Source: Histomonas meleagridis 2922-C6/04-290x (taxonomy: Eukaryota > Protista > Parabasalia). From it: a stretch of 64,000 nt of DNA. Under the pieces are notes generated by a model. The model searched no databases, was not told the DNA's origin, and saw only the letters and a program-made list of their open reading frames with translations. The stretch is from contig JAANOX010000245.1 in NCBI GenBank assembly GCA_020184695.1, positions 62,001 to 126,000 of the forward strand. The letters are read 5' to 3'. Positions 11,901-21,877 of this stretch are shown here, one piece after another (within the stretch, counting starts at the first letter, position 1; each line of letters opens with the position of its first letter). The translations under genes and the position numbers were made by a program.

Positions 11901-13120
11901 AGTACAGCACTTATTTTAGCGTCTAAAAATGGTCATACAATTATAGTTAAATTACTTCTTGAAAAAAAAGGAATCAATATTAACGCTAAAAATATTTGTT
12001 TGTTTTATTTAAAATTTATTTTAATAATTTAGTATTTCAAAATAATATTTGGAAATTATTTTAATTATTTAATACAGCACTTATGATTGCATCTGAAGAA
12101 GGTTGTACGGAAATAGTTAAATTACTTCTTGAACAAGAAGGAATTGATATTAATACAAAAAATAATATTAATTTTAATAATATGATATTTAAAGTTAATA
12201 TTCGGGAATTATTTAAATTATTTAATACAGCACTTATTTTGGCATCTAAAAATTATACAGATATAGTAAAATTACTTCTTGAACAAAAAAAAATTGATAC
12301 CAACATTAAAAATATTATATATTTAAAAAATTTGGTGTTTTGAGAAGGAATTTGGGATTTATTTAATTTGTTTGAAACAGTACTTATGCAAGCAACTTAT
12401 GATGGTAATATAGAAATAGTAAAATTAATTCTTGAGCAAAAAAAAATTGATATTAACGATAAAAATATTATTTATTTAAAAAATTTAATCTTTTAAAATA
12501 ATATCTGGAAATTACTTAAAGTATTTGATACAGTACTTATTATGGCAACTAAAAAAGGTCACACAAAAATATGTAAAATTCTTTTAAAGCAAAAAGGAAT
12601 CAACATAAACTTAAAAAATGTTTAGTTGTTCTTTCTAAAGTATCTACCAATCATTTCATATTTCTATTGAAAACATGGGAATTATTGAATTCGTTTGAAA
12701 CAGCACTTCTTATTGCATCTGAAAAAGGTCACAGTGATATAGTTAAATTACTTCTTGAACAAAAAGGAATTAATATAAACGAAAAAAATATTTGAATTTT
12801 GAAATTAAAGATTTTTTAAACAGTTTAATGTTCCAAAAATTTAATCGGAATTTATTTTGTGAATTAGATACAGCACTTATGATTGCATCTTCAAATGATT
12901 ATATATCAATCGTTAAATTACTTCTTGAACAAAAAGAATATAATGTCAAAGCAAAAAATATTTTTTCACTTGCTTTAAAATAGTGTATATTCATCTTAAT
13001 TTTAAATTCTTGTTTTGGAATTTATGCAAACTATTTCATACAGCTCTTACATATGCAATTTCTAGACATCATTCTAAAATTGTTGAACTTCTTCAAAATC
13101 ATCTAAATATTAATAAATAA
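8937..13120 (+). CDS. Ankyrin-repeat protein B (DUF3447-like N-terminus) with array encrypted by 17-nt inserts
   Basis: ORF to 10190, then 18 spacers with 65 inserts and 18 ankyrin units at 170/153-bp period, ending TALTYAISRHHSKIVELLQNHLNINK* (TAA 13118-13120). 4181-1106=3075 nt = 1025 aa. Confidence 0.85.
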
Positions 13121-13413
13121 AACTATATTAATTCATGATGAATTATTCTTTCTAATTTCCTTCTCCAAAGAATTTTTCTTTACCCTTCGAAGGGTTTATT
13201 AATTCTTGATTTATCTAGGAAACAATTAGAGTTATTGTTTCTCATTTGTTTTTATTGAGTCAATAAAAGAAGCAAAAACATGTATGTTATGAACTTGTTT
13301 TAATAACGCTGGATAATAATAAGTAAAATTAACCATTTTAACAAAAGCGTTCACGAAACATGTTGAAATATCTTAAAATTAAAACTATCAAATTATCAAT
13401 TTTGAAATTCTTT

Positions 13414-13416
<3 letters not shown>

Positions 13417-13446
<30 letters not shown>
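13417..13446. repeat. (TA)15 microsatellite
   Basis: Uninterrupted TA dinucleotide run. Confidence 0.95.
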
Positions 13447-13453
<7 letters not shown>

Positions 13454-14477
13454 GGTTGATCAGAAAGATCTAGGTCAAAAACACTTGGTATAGTAGAAAC
13501 AAACAATATTTTGAGTTATTCAATTTAACAAAATTTTATATTATTAAAATTCAATGAGTCTGCACGAACGATATTAAAATTATTAAAATTTTTTGAAATT
13601 AAAAGCATTCGGTTCGCACTTGATTTAGTGTTTTGATAGTAGATCAAATTAATTTGATAGTAGATCAATTGATAAAGATTTTTAAATCCAATTATTCATA
13701 AATCTTTTGAATACGTTATTTATGATGTCTCCTAATAAATAATTTAATAAATGGAAATATAAAAATATGGCTGATCAACAACATTGGGTATGCTTGATCA
13801 AGTCAAGATATCTTGAGATGAACAACACAATTTCTTCAACATAGCAATAACTTTTTATGTAACCAAACGGTTTTCGATCAATGAATTCTTCCATCGTTAA
13901 TTTTTATTATTATTTCGAATTGACTTAATTAAATTTTTAACAATTGAATTTACCCAAGCCTATTGATCTTGATTATTCTAGATTATCATAACTATGGTGA
14001 CTTCTATTATCTTTAGTCACAATTCATTACTCATGTGAAATTTTATAGTTACTTGTAAATATTTAAATATCAAGATTATTAAATGGAATTTCATTTTCCA
14101 ATGGATAGTAAAATATATAAAATTTATCAAATTTTATCAAGCTCAAAAAATATGACAATATTAACAACAGGTTATCTTCCTTAAAATTTACTAACAAAAC
14201 TATTTCATGATTAAAGAACTGAAAAAAGTAACAATTGGTTTTATATCAAGCCTCCCTTTTTGTAATTTTTTTCATAGAGAGAAAAACCAAAAATTGTACG
14301 TTAAAGACTGTATGCGTCACTTTTCAATAAAGTGGTAAAACCACATGAAGACGATTGATTGAGAGAGTCAAATTGCCACTTTTTGAAAAATATTCGTGTA
14401 AATCATTCAAATTGCTGACATTCCCTCAAAACGTTCAGTGGTAACCTCCGCAAAAAAGTGACAATTACTATTGTTCG

Positions 14478-15794
14478 ATGTCAAGACCAACAAAAGAAGC
14501 CTTACAGCTAGTTACAAGCTTAATGTCCCTCCCTGAAAACTCCATTTGTGCTGATTGTCAAAAAAAGGTTGCAAAATGGGCATCATCAACACTCGGTATT
14601 TTCATCTGCATTGATTGCAGTGGAATCCATCGTTCCCTTGGAACTCATATTTCCTTTGTGCGTTCATGTACATTGGATTCATGGACTCCTGAGCAAGCAC
14701 GTCTTATGCGTCGTGTTGGTAACAAAGTTGCAAATGAATATTGGGAAGCAAATCTCCCTCCTGACTTTATGCGTCCATCACCATCAGATAGGTATGGAAT
14801 GGAATGCTTCATTCGTGCAAAGTATGTCGAAAGAAGATGGGCCGCTCCAGGAGAACCTCCAAGTTCAGTGAATTACAAGAAAACATTATCACCTGCTCGT
14901 TCTACTGGAAACATTTATGAGGGATACTTTGTACATAATCCTGTTCAACAACAGCAACCTCAACATCATTACGTAATGCCTCAACATCATAGCAAATTTG
15001 CAAAAACAGAAAATACACACTCTGCAAGCCAGCAAACTGGACTTAATCTCCAAGATTTTATGAGCCAACTTAATCCAACATCTGATGAAAACACCAATCA
15101 GCAAGAAACTTTTTCATTTACCGATGCTGAATCAGTTGAATCTAATAGCGATAGCCAAGGCACTGTCGAACCTACACCAACTGAAAACAGTTCATTTTCA
15201 TTTATCAATGAGGAAAAGACTGTGAAAGAACCTGTTAAAGTTACTCCAAAGCCAGTGGTAGTCAACAAGGCGCCATCAAATAAGGTTTATCAATCAAACC
15301 CACAATCAGAGCCAAATTTAATTCCAGCATCAACCACAGCTTCCGAAATTATGAAAGGACAAATCAAATGTGTTGGCAATAAGAAGCAAAGGCTATTTAA
15401 CAAAAAGCCGAAAGGAGTTGCTCGTTTCATGAAAAAGCCATCAAGCGAAAGTCCTGATGTCGAACAAAGGGGCGCCCCAGAAACCGTTACTCAACCGACC
15501 GTATCGTCGCCGCAACCACAACCGTTAACGTCTTTCCAACCGTCACCTAGTGAACCGATACAATCTCCTTCAACTCCTTATCAAACACAAACACCTTATG
15601 AACCAACGCAAGCAAACTATGGCCAAACACAAGCAAACTATGGCCAAACACAAAATTACTTTGACCAAGCGCAAAACGAGCAGTCATCATTTGGAAGTGC
15701 AGCTCCACAAAGCGAACAGCCCCCTCAGAAGCCTTCATATCACTTCTTTAATGTACCAAATCCATTTGCTCATAAAGAACAAGCAAACAATTAA
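14478..15794 (+). CDS. ArfGAP domain protein (SMAP/AGFG-like) with Q/P/S-rich tail
   Basis: CADC-x16-CIDC zinc finger with conserved Arg (CSGIHRSLGTHISFVRS), GN..AN.YWE and FIRAKY motifs. Confidence 0.9.
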   Translation: MSRPTKEALQLVTSLMSLPENSICADCQKKVAKWASSTLGIFICIDCSGIHRSLGTHISFVRSCTLDSWTPEQARLMRRVGNKVANEYWEANLPPDFMRPSPSDRYGMECFIRAKYVERRWAAPGEPPSSVNYKKTLSPARSTGNIYEGYFVHNPVQQQQPQHHYVMPQHHSKFAKTENTHSASQQTGLNLQDFMSQLNPTSDENTNQQETFSFTDAESVESNSDSQGTVEPTPTENSSFSFINEEKTVKEPVKVTPKPVVVNKAPSNKVYQSNPQSEPNLIPASTTASEIMKGQIKCVGNKKQRLFNKKPKGVARFMKKPSSESPDVEQRGAPETVTQPTVSSPQPQPLTSFQPSPSEPIQSPSTPYQTQTPYEPTQANYGQTQANYGQTQNYFDQAQNEQSSFGSAAPQSEQPPQKPSYHFFNVPNPFAHKEQANN

Positions 15795-16544
15795 CTTTCA
15801 AATTTATGTGTTTATTATAAACATATCTTGATTCTGAACATTTAATTTTATAAAATAAAAATTCTATTTTTAATTATTGACTTTTTTTTTTTTTTTTAAA
15901 TTTAATTACAATTAGTCGTTTAAAACATGAAATGGCTTCTCGTGTTTAGTTGTAGACCAATTCACATATTTATTGAACAGATTTCAAAAGCATCATCAGA
16001 ACTTGCATTTACTTGCACATGTTAAAAATGATTTTCTTTATTAATCTTGACCTGAAAATTAAAAAAAATTCAAATCAATCAAGATGGATTGACTTTATTG
16101 ATACACTTTCAATTTATTCAGCAGTAATAATTGTTGCTATAGTAAAAGCGCAAACAAATTATGTTCAACAGAAGAGTTATATAGAAATAAATCAATTAAA
16201 TGTAATTAGGATAGGTGAAGAAATGCAAATTATGAATACAATTTATATGTAGGGATGTTTCTCTAAAAATGGTGTTAGAGTTGCAGCTGATGGAATGAAT
16301 ATAACAGGTCATTCATTTAAAGATTGATGCATAACAAGAAAATTCACATGTGAAAGTGTTCCTGTTGAAGTAAAATAAAAAAAAAAACCATTTGTTTTAC
16401 ATGTAGGAGGAACCATACATATGACACACGAATTAATTTTATTTTATTTTTTTAAATAAGCAACCGACTGTTTGAAACGACATTATTTTGTTTAGTATAT
16501 GACAATTATTAACGAAATCTATTTTATTAATTTTTATAACTGAT

Positions 16545-17696
16545 TTACAACTGAATCGCTGTAGCTATCGCAGCAATAAATCCTTGTATCGGAGAAATAG
16601 GGAATCGTAACTCCAATGCAAATGATCCGTCCTTATTCTTAAAGAAGTTACATATATCTTTCCTGTAATTAGACTCATGGAAAATGGACAAATTGGTCGG
16701 GCAGCTGACGGGGAACTTCCCGTCGAACGTTAAGTCGTAACTCTTTCCGTTTTTCATTGGCATCCGCGTCTTTAAGTGTATTGCCTCCTTCGAAAGCTGG
16801 CTAAGTCTGTACATGAGTCCGGATGATTCGCCAAATTTAATCGGAAGCATTCGACTTCGTCCTTCAATCTTCTTGAGGGCAGGGATAATGAATTCGAAGT
16901 TTTTAGGGACTGAATCATTCGCCACATTCGTAAAGACTGCTGCTGCTGCTTCGTTGGTTCCTTGATCTGTATCAACACCAACATAAAATGTGGAATGTGT
17001 GGTAATAGATGAGCGACCAATGGGCTTGTCGCCTTGGTAAAGCTGTAGTTTTGGTTTCTCGTGTGGATCTTGAATAATGGCGGTTAATATATTATTACGA
17101 GTTGGAGGAACATATAACTTAAATATGGTTTGAGGCCCATTTTCGTCAACGGAAATTTCAAAGATAACATTGAGTGATGGTGGAATTGGCATAATAAGAT
17201 AATCATCAGATTTTGTGATGGTTGAAATGGCATCTTGGTTTTCTTTGCTAACAAATATAGGAGCCTGTAGAGGTTGCAATTCATCTTTAACTAATTTTTG
17301 TGGAGTTGATTCAGGAGATTTAGCAACTTTGACCACAACTTTAGTATCTTGTGATTTAGGTGTTTGATTAACATCTGGTGTATTTTCTTGCTTTTGACGT
17401 TTGCGAATTTTTGGTTCTAATAAAGGGTCTTGAGTCTTTTTGATAATAGTTTTATTAAGAAGACGCGGTCCAGGGCTTCCATTCTTTTTGGAATTTCCAG
17501 TAGGTGTAAGTGTTGGAGAAGCTTTGCCTCCTTGTTGTAGTGAAGCAGAAGGTCGTAAGGCTTGTTTGATACGTGGGATTGCAAGATGTAATGGTTTTAT
17601 TTCTGAAGTATTCATAGAAGGATCCATTAACGTGAAAATGCTATGGAAAGCAGAACAATAATCTTCTAAAAATGGTTCAATTTGTGTTTTGCTCAT
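16545..17696 (-). CDS. Tubby C-terminal domain protein
   Basis: C-terminus YDLTFDGKFPVSCPTNLSIF...FALELRFPISPIQGFIAAIA matches the Tub domain pattern. First ATG at 17696 (MSKTQ); the ORF track starts at a non-ATG codon. Confidence 0.65.
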   Translation of the reverse strand: MSKTQIEPFLEDYCSAFHSIFTLMDPSMNTSEIKPLHLAIPRIKQALRPSASLQQGGKASPTLTPTGNSKKNGSPGPRLLNKTIIKKTQDPLLEPKIRKRQKQENTPDVNQTPKSQDTKVVVKVAKSPESTPQKLVKDELQPLQAPIFVSKENQDAISTITKSDDYLIMPIPPSLNVIFEISVDENGPQTIFKLYVPPTRNNILTAIIQDPHEKPKLQLYQGDKPIGRSSITTHSTFYVGVDTDQGTNEAAAAVFTNVANDSVPKNFEFIIPALKKIEGRSRMLPIKFGESSGLMYRLSQLSKEAIHLKTRMPMKNGKSYDLTFDGKFPVSCPTNLSIFHESNYRKDICNFFKNKDGSFALELRFPISPIQGFIAAIATAIQL

Positions 17697-17954
17697 CCTA
17701 TTTTTTGAAATAACGTTTTTTATGTGAAACTTATGACAAAAAGTGACGATGTTTTGGAAAATTTCCTCAATAAAAAAATTATACTTCAATCATTTTCAGT
17801 AAAAACATTAATGTCACTCGCAATAAAATTATTACCTGCAGAATTTTGTTATGTGTGATAATGCATTATAATTACAATTTTTAAAATTTCATGAAATACA
17901 ATGTTTACATCATCAAAATTCAAAAAAGTAACATGGTGAAAGCAAAATATTTAT

Positions 17955-19166
17955 TTATATGCCTGTCCTAAATTCATAATTTCCGGCCTGAGTTACATAT
18001 TTCACGCCTTTAAATACATTATAATTCGCATTTTCTATATCCAACCTATCAATCCTAAAACCGGACAGAGTATATCCGATTGTGAAAAATTTGGCTCTGA
18101 TAACAGGAAATCTTGATCCGAGATCGAATCCTTGTTCTGTTGATGCACTTCCTCTAAGTACAACAGGGTTTTTGTCAGGTATAAGTCCAATTGTCCAAAC
18201 TACTTCTCGTGTTATTCCTTCATATATTGCACGACCAGATGGAACAGAAAGTGCTGGCGAAAGTACGCCTTCTGGAAGTTCGAAACGAATCTCAACATCT
18301 TCTAGTTGTCTAGGAACTGTAGCATCGGCTTTGACTACGATTTCAAATGCAACACTTCCTTTCGTCCATGTAAATCTTGGGGCAACCCAAAGGGGAACGT
18401 TTACCTGGGGAGCCGTTTGTTTGTATTTCATCAAAGTAAATGAACCTTCAGGAGGAACAAATGGTATTACTTTAGCTTCACTTGATTCAATCTGAACACT
18501 TCTGTGAAATGTGACATCTTCATAATGTGATGATGGAGTAAGAATTATCTTACAGAAAGGACTATCAGAAAGATGACAAATGGCTTCAACGGAACCTCTT
18601 ATATAACAGAACTCCATCCTTCCAAGATGGTTGACAGAAATATCAACATTTTCTAAAATGTCAAGTAAAACTTCATTTTGAGACCTTTTGATTCCAACAG
18701 ATCGCCATGGCCTGTTGAGGTCTAATTGAAGTCGGTTGCCTTTAGAATAATCGGTAGGTGGTCTTGTAAGCAATGTAAAAATTGTATTATTTTCGTCTAA
18801 AAAAGGAAATCCATAGTCGATTGCATAATCAAGTATTTGATATACTGTAGGATATTCGGACTTAACTGAGTTTTCTGTGGCTCCTTCTTTTAATAATGAT
18901 GATAAAAGTTTACCTATATGATTTAAAAGACTAATAGAAAACAATGCGAATTCATCTCCTTCACAAACACCAACAATCCAAAGTTCGCGTTCATGGTGAA
19001 GAATTACTGTTAATTCGCCATTCGGAATAATCCCAGGTGGTTCTTGATTTTGATCTCTGATTGCAAGACAAGCGGTATCTATTACTGATCTATTAATCTT
19101 TTCTCTATATTGTTTTTCGATTAAAATTGTTGCATCCTTGTTAAGAACAAAAACAGCAGAGAGCAT
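17955..19166 (-). CDS. Adaptor complex medium (mu) subunit, AP-3-like
   Basis: Longin-like N-terminus, VYQILDYAIDYGFP, PWRSVGIKRSQNEVLLDILE, FHRSV, FVPPEG.FTLMKY, GVKYVTQAGNYEFR. Confidence 0.9.
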   Translation of the reverse strand: MLSAVFVLNKDATILIEKQYREKINRSVIDTACLAIRDQNQEPPGIIPNGELTVILHHERELWIVGVCEGDEFALFSISLLNHIGKLLSSLLKEGATENSVKSEYPTVYQILDYAIDYGFPFLDENNTIFTLLTRPPTDYSKGNRLQLDLNRPWRSVGIKRSQNEVLLDILENVDISVNHLGRMEFCYIRGSVEAICHLSDSPFCKIILTPSSHYEDVTFHRSVQIESSEAKVIPFVPPEGSFTLMKYKQTAPQVNVPLWVAPRFTWTKGSVAFEIVVKADATVPRQLEDVEIRFELPEGVLSPALSVPSGRAIYEGITREVVWTIGLIPDKNPVVLRGSASTEQGFDLGSRFPVIRAKFFTIGYTLSGFRIDRLDIENANYNVFKGVKYVTQAGNYEFRTGI

Positions 19167-19308
19167 GTGTTATCCAAACACACTTTGCCAAATATTTACC
19201 AGAATGACGATGGTTTTCTTCTCAATAAAATAACGATAGGTTGATAACGTTTGAGTGCTATCGGCGCAGATCTGACACTGATCGTTATTGAAATAAAAAT
19301 GGAATAAG

Positions 19309-20064
19309 ATGTTTGAACCAATAAGTAATAATATCAGAATTGATCGAGCCAGGTTAAGATCAATCAAAGAATTGCAATATAGCAAACTCACACAGAATAA
19401 AAAACCAAAACCAAAAGAAAATTGTTTTTCAGATTCTTCTGAAGCATTTAATTCTAATAACACAAATATCACATCTGCATTGCCACCCATGAATACATTT
19501 CAATGCACTAAAAAAAAGTCAACAAATATCCGTGGTTCTCATTTCAAATTTCATTTTATTCAAAATGGTCATATAATTTATTCAGCTAAATTTAAATCAA
19601 GCAACTCACGAAAATTTATTCCTATTGTTGAAGGTCAAAATGTCCATCTTAGATCTAATAATATAAAAAGTGCACTTCTTTTTACTAATAATATGTCTGA
19701 TTATTCACTTCGCAAAAACAGTAAATTTGGCGAAGAGGTCCTTTCAATCCAATTTCGTAGGTATAAAGTACAAAATCCAAGATCATTAATTATTTACTTT
19801 TTTCAACAGTCAAATTCAATTCCTTCCAAACTAATAAGCGCAAACCCACAATTTAATCCAATAAATGGGAAATATATAATAGATCTTGGAAAAGAAGCTT
19901 TACCTAGTCCAGTAAATTCAAGAATCGAAAATGAAAAGGATCATTCTTTATGGGCATATATAAGGAAAATCCAAAAGCACGTGATAGAAATTGAAGCCAG
20001 AAGTTGTATTGATAACATTAGCTTATTTGCAATTGTAATTGCTTCATTTTTATGTAAAAGCTAA
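19309..20064 (+). CDS. Divergent Tubby-like protein
   Basis: C-terminal pattern NPQFNPINGKYIIDLGKEALPSPVN.RI...LFAIVIASF resembles the Tub domain end. Confidence 0.5.
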   Translation: MFEPISNNIRIDRARLRSIKELQYSKLTQNKKPKPKENCFSDSSEAFNSNNTNITSALPPMNTFQCTKKKSTNIRGSHFKFHFIQNGHIIYSAKFKSSNSRKFIPIVEGQNVHLRSNNIKSALLFTNNMSDYSLRKNSKFGEEVLSIQFRRYKVQNPRSLIIYFFQQSNSIPSKLISANPQFNPINGKYIIDLGKEALPSPVNSRIENEKDHSLWAYIRKIQKHVIEIEARSCIDNISLFAIVIASFLCKS

Positions 20065-20189
20065 GAAAATTTATATTCTTGCTTTGACTTATCGGACTGA
20101 TTATAAATAAAATACAGATTTAATTATTAAAATTTCATCTTGAAATAAAAAAAAATCACATTTTGGCACACTTGTAAAAATCAAAAAAA

Positions 20190-20264
20190 GAGCACCGGGA
20201 AGACTCGAACTTCCAACCTTGAGGTTATGAGCCTCACGAACTAAACCAATTGTTCCACGGTGCT
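20190..20264 (-). tRNA. tRNA-Met(CAT), probable initiator
   Basis: AGCACCG/CGGTGCT acceptor stem with A1:U72, anticodon arm TGAGG-CTCATAA-CCTCA, T-arm GGAAG-TTCGAGT-CTTCC, followed by a T7 Pol III terminator. Confidence 0.9.
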
Positions 20265-20467
20265 TTACATTATCTTTAATTTATAATTTAACTTTATATT
20301 TAAATATACATTTTCTCAGAAATCTGAATTTGTGATAAATTGTTCACTGACAATTATAGTTCAATATGATAATTAAAAGAAATATTTCTTTTCGTCAAAT
20401 ATATATCAAGAACAACTAATTTCACAATTTTTTGTGAAACATCTTTATGCCAAAAAAAAAAAATTAT

Positions 20468-21181
20468 TTATTTATTATTAACTTTGTACCTAAGCCAAAC
20501 AGAGCCTCCTTCTAATTTTGTTATATCCATTAATGAAAAGGTAAATGTTTCTGGTTCCATAAAGTCAGATCTTTCAAACAGAGTAACAGTATTGTTTTCT
20601 CCATCTGCGATTGGTGCCATAATAAGGCTGAGCTCATCGATCATTCCAGCTTTTAAGAAGGTATAATCCATGTATCCACCACCAGCAACCATTAATGTAT
20701 CAATATGGAATATTTCCTTCAGCTTCTTGCATGCAAGTGCACAGTCAAGATGTTCCTTTCCTGCAAATATGTATGAAATTTCAAGTTTTCGGAGAAATGC
20801 AAGATATGAATTTGATACTTTCTCACTAAGTACTTCAATAATGTGTGCTTCTGGACGGCCGTTATACTTAAGTGTATTGCTCTTCCATCCAACACGACCT
20901 GATGTATCGACAGAAACATAATACATTTCACAATTGTCTTTGACGATAAAATCACCTTCAGGAACTTTTGGAGCATTCTCATCAAGATCAGGCTTCTCGT
21001 GATGTGAGAAGCTGCCTTCAGTTGTGACACGTCCACATAACCAAGCATTAAGTTTGTACTTATTGCGTAAATCTTCATAATGTTGACATGGTAACTTTGC
21101 AGCAGGATCCATTAAATATGGACCTGTTACTTTACCATCGAGTGCAGTTAACATATGGCATACAACATAAGGTTTGCTCAT
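20468..21181 (-). CDS. RibD C-terminal / dihydrofolate-reductase-fold protein of bacterial type
   Basis: PYVVCHMLTALDGKVTG, AWLCGRVT, YIFAG, LMVAGGG, GMIDELSLIMAPIADG, GSVWLRY. Confidence 0.85.
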   Translation of the reverse strand: MSKPYVVCHMLTALDGKVTGPYLMDPAAKLPCQHYEDLRNKYKLNAWLCGRVTTEGSFSHHEKPDLDENAPKVPEGDFIVKDNCEMYYVSVDTSGRVGWKSNTLKYNGRPEAHIIEVLSEKVSNSYLAFLRKLEISYIFAGKEHLDCALACKKLKEIFHIDTLMVAGGGYMDYTFLKAGMIDELSLIMAPIADGENNTVTLFERSDFMEPETFTFSLMDITKLEGGSVWLRYKVNNK

Positions 21182-21860
21182 TCGCAAATAAAAATGTGAT
21201 TTTTATTACGATAAATTTTGAATTGTTACAATAAAATTGAGATAATAATTACGGTTATGTTTTTTTTGGTTTGAAATACGATTAAATATTTCACAATTTT
21301 TGATAAACCGAATTTGGCAGAAAATTTTTTACTTTTAAGAGCTCTAAGCATGTGATCTCTGTCGGCAAAGAAGATAAGTATGATTTTATTCATATTTAAA
21401 ACAAATAACAGTGTTTTCAAAACATAATTGAAAAACAAAGATCATTTTTTAATAAAATTTGTATGTGTGCAAAATCTTTCAGAAGCAAAAACAAGCATTT
21501 ATTTATTGATTTTTTGGTTTGGGTTTCAGCAAATTTATTTGATTGCTGTAATGAGAACGTTAATTATATGGTTTTGTTTCATCGCAATAAAAATAAATGT
21601 CTTCAAGTTTTCTCTGATCCATAAGTATTTCATTGTAGTAAAAAAGGAAAGTAAAAATATATGCTTAGAGAATTACATAGTTATACAAGCAGTAGTAAAT
21701 CAATAAATTTCTTTAAAAGGGAAAAACTAATATTTTGCGACAAATAATCCAGCACAAGATAGTGAAGTTAGTAACAATTAATATCCAGTTGGGGGAACTG
21801 AACCTAAATTTACTTCTGCAGTTAGGTTTTGTCAAGAGATGAAAAAAATAAAATTTTGCT

Positions 21861-21877
21861 TGCTTTGGATGGGGCTC
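21861..21877 (-). repeat. Target-site duplication copy 1 (3' end of tRNA-Met)
   Basis: tgctttggatggggctc is identical to 26634-26650 and extends one more base (21860/26633 t). Confidence 0.92.

Noticed and set aside
10191-13039. Reading each 63-80 nt spacer as one ordinary spliceosomal intron
   Set aside because: There are no GT/AG ends or branch-point motif, and removing the whole spacer deletes the xxGx hairpin residues. Only the 17+3 parse restores the ankyrin consensus.
10271-13039. CRISPR-like repeat-spacer array
   Set aside because: The conserved parts are protein-coding ankyrin exons and the spacers are homologous to each other; eukaryotic context with no cas genes.
13446-13800. Weak direct repeats (aaaa.tatgg.tgatca; ttgatagtagatcaa x2)
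   Set aside because: Short and AT-rich, with no element boundaries identifiable; at most a decayed repeat.
15929-16450. Possible decayed membrane-protein gene (MKWLLVFS..., ORF 16013-16252 and in-frame continuation)
   Set aside because: Several stops and no recognisable family; too weak to call.
21861-21877. Retrotransposon TSD length (17-18 bp) and the 34-bp minisatellite (2x17) matching the 17-nt insert length
   Set aside because: The inserts are not duplications of flanking sequence and share no similarity with the TSD, the element or the minisatellite; treated as coincidence.
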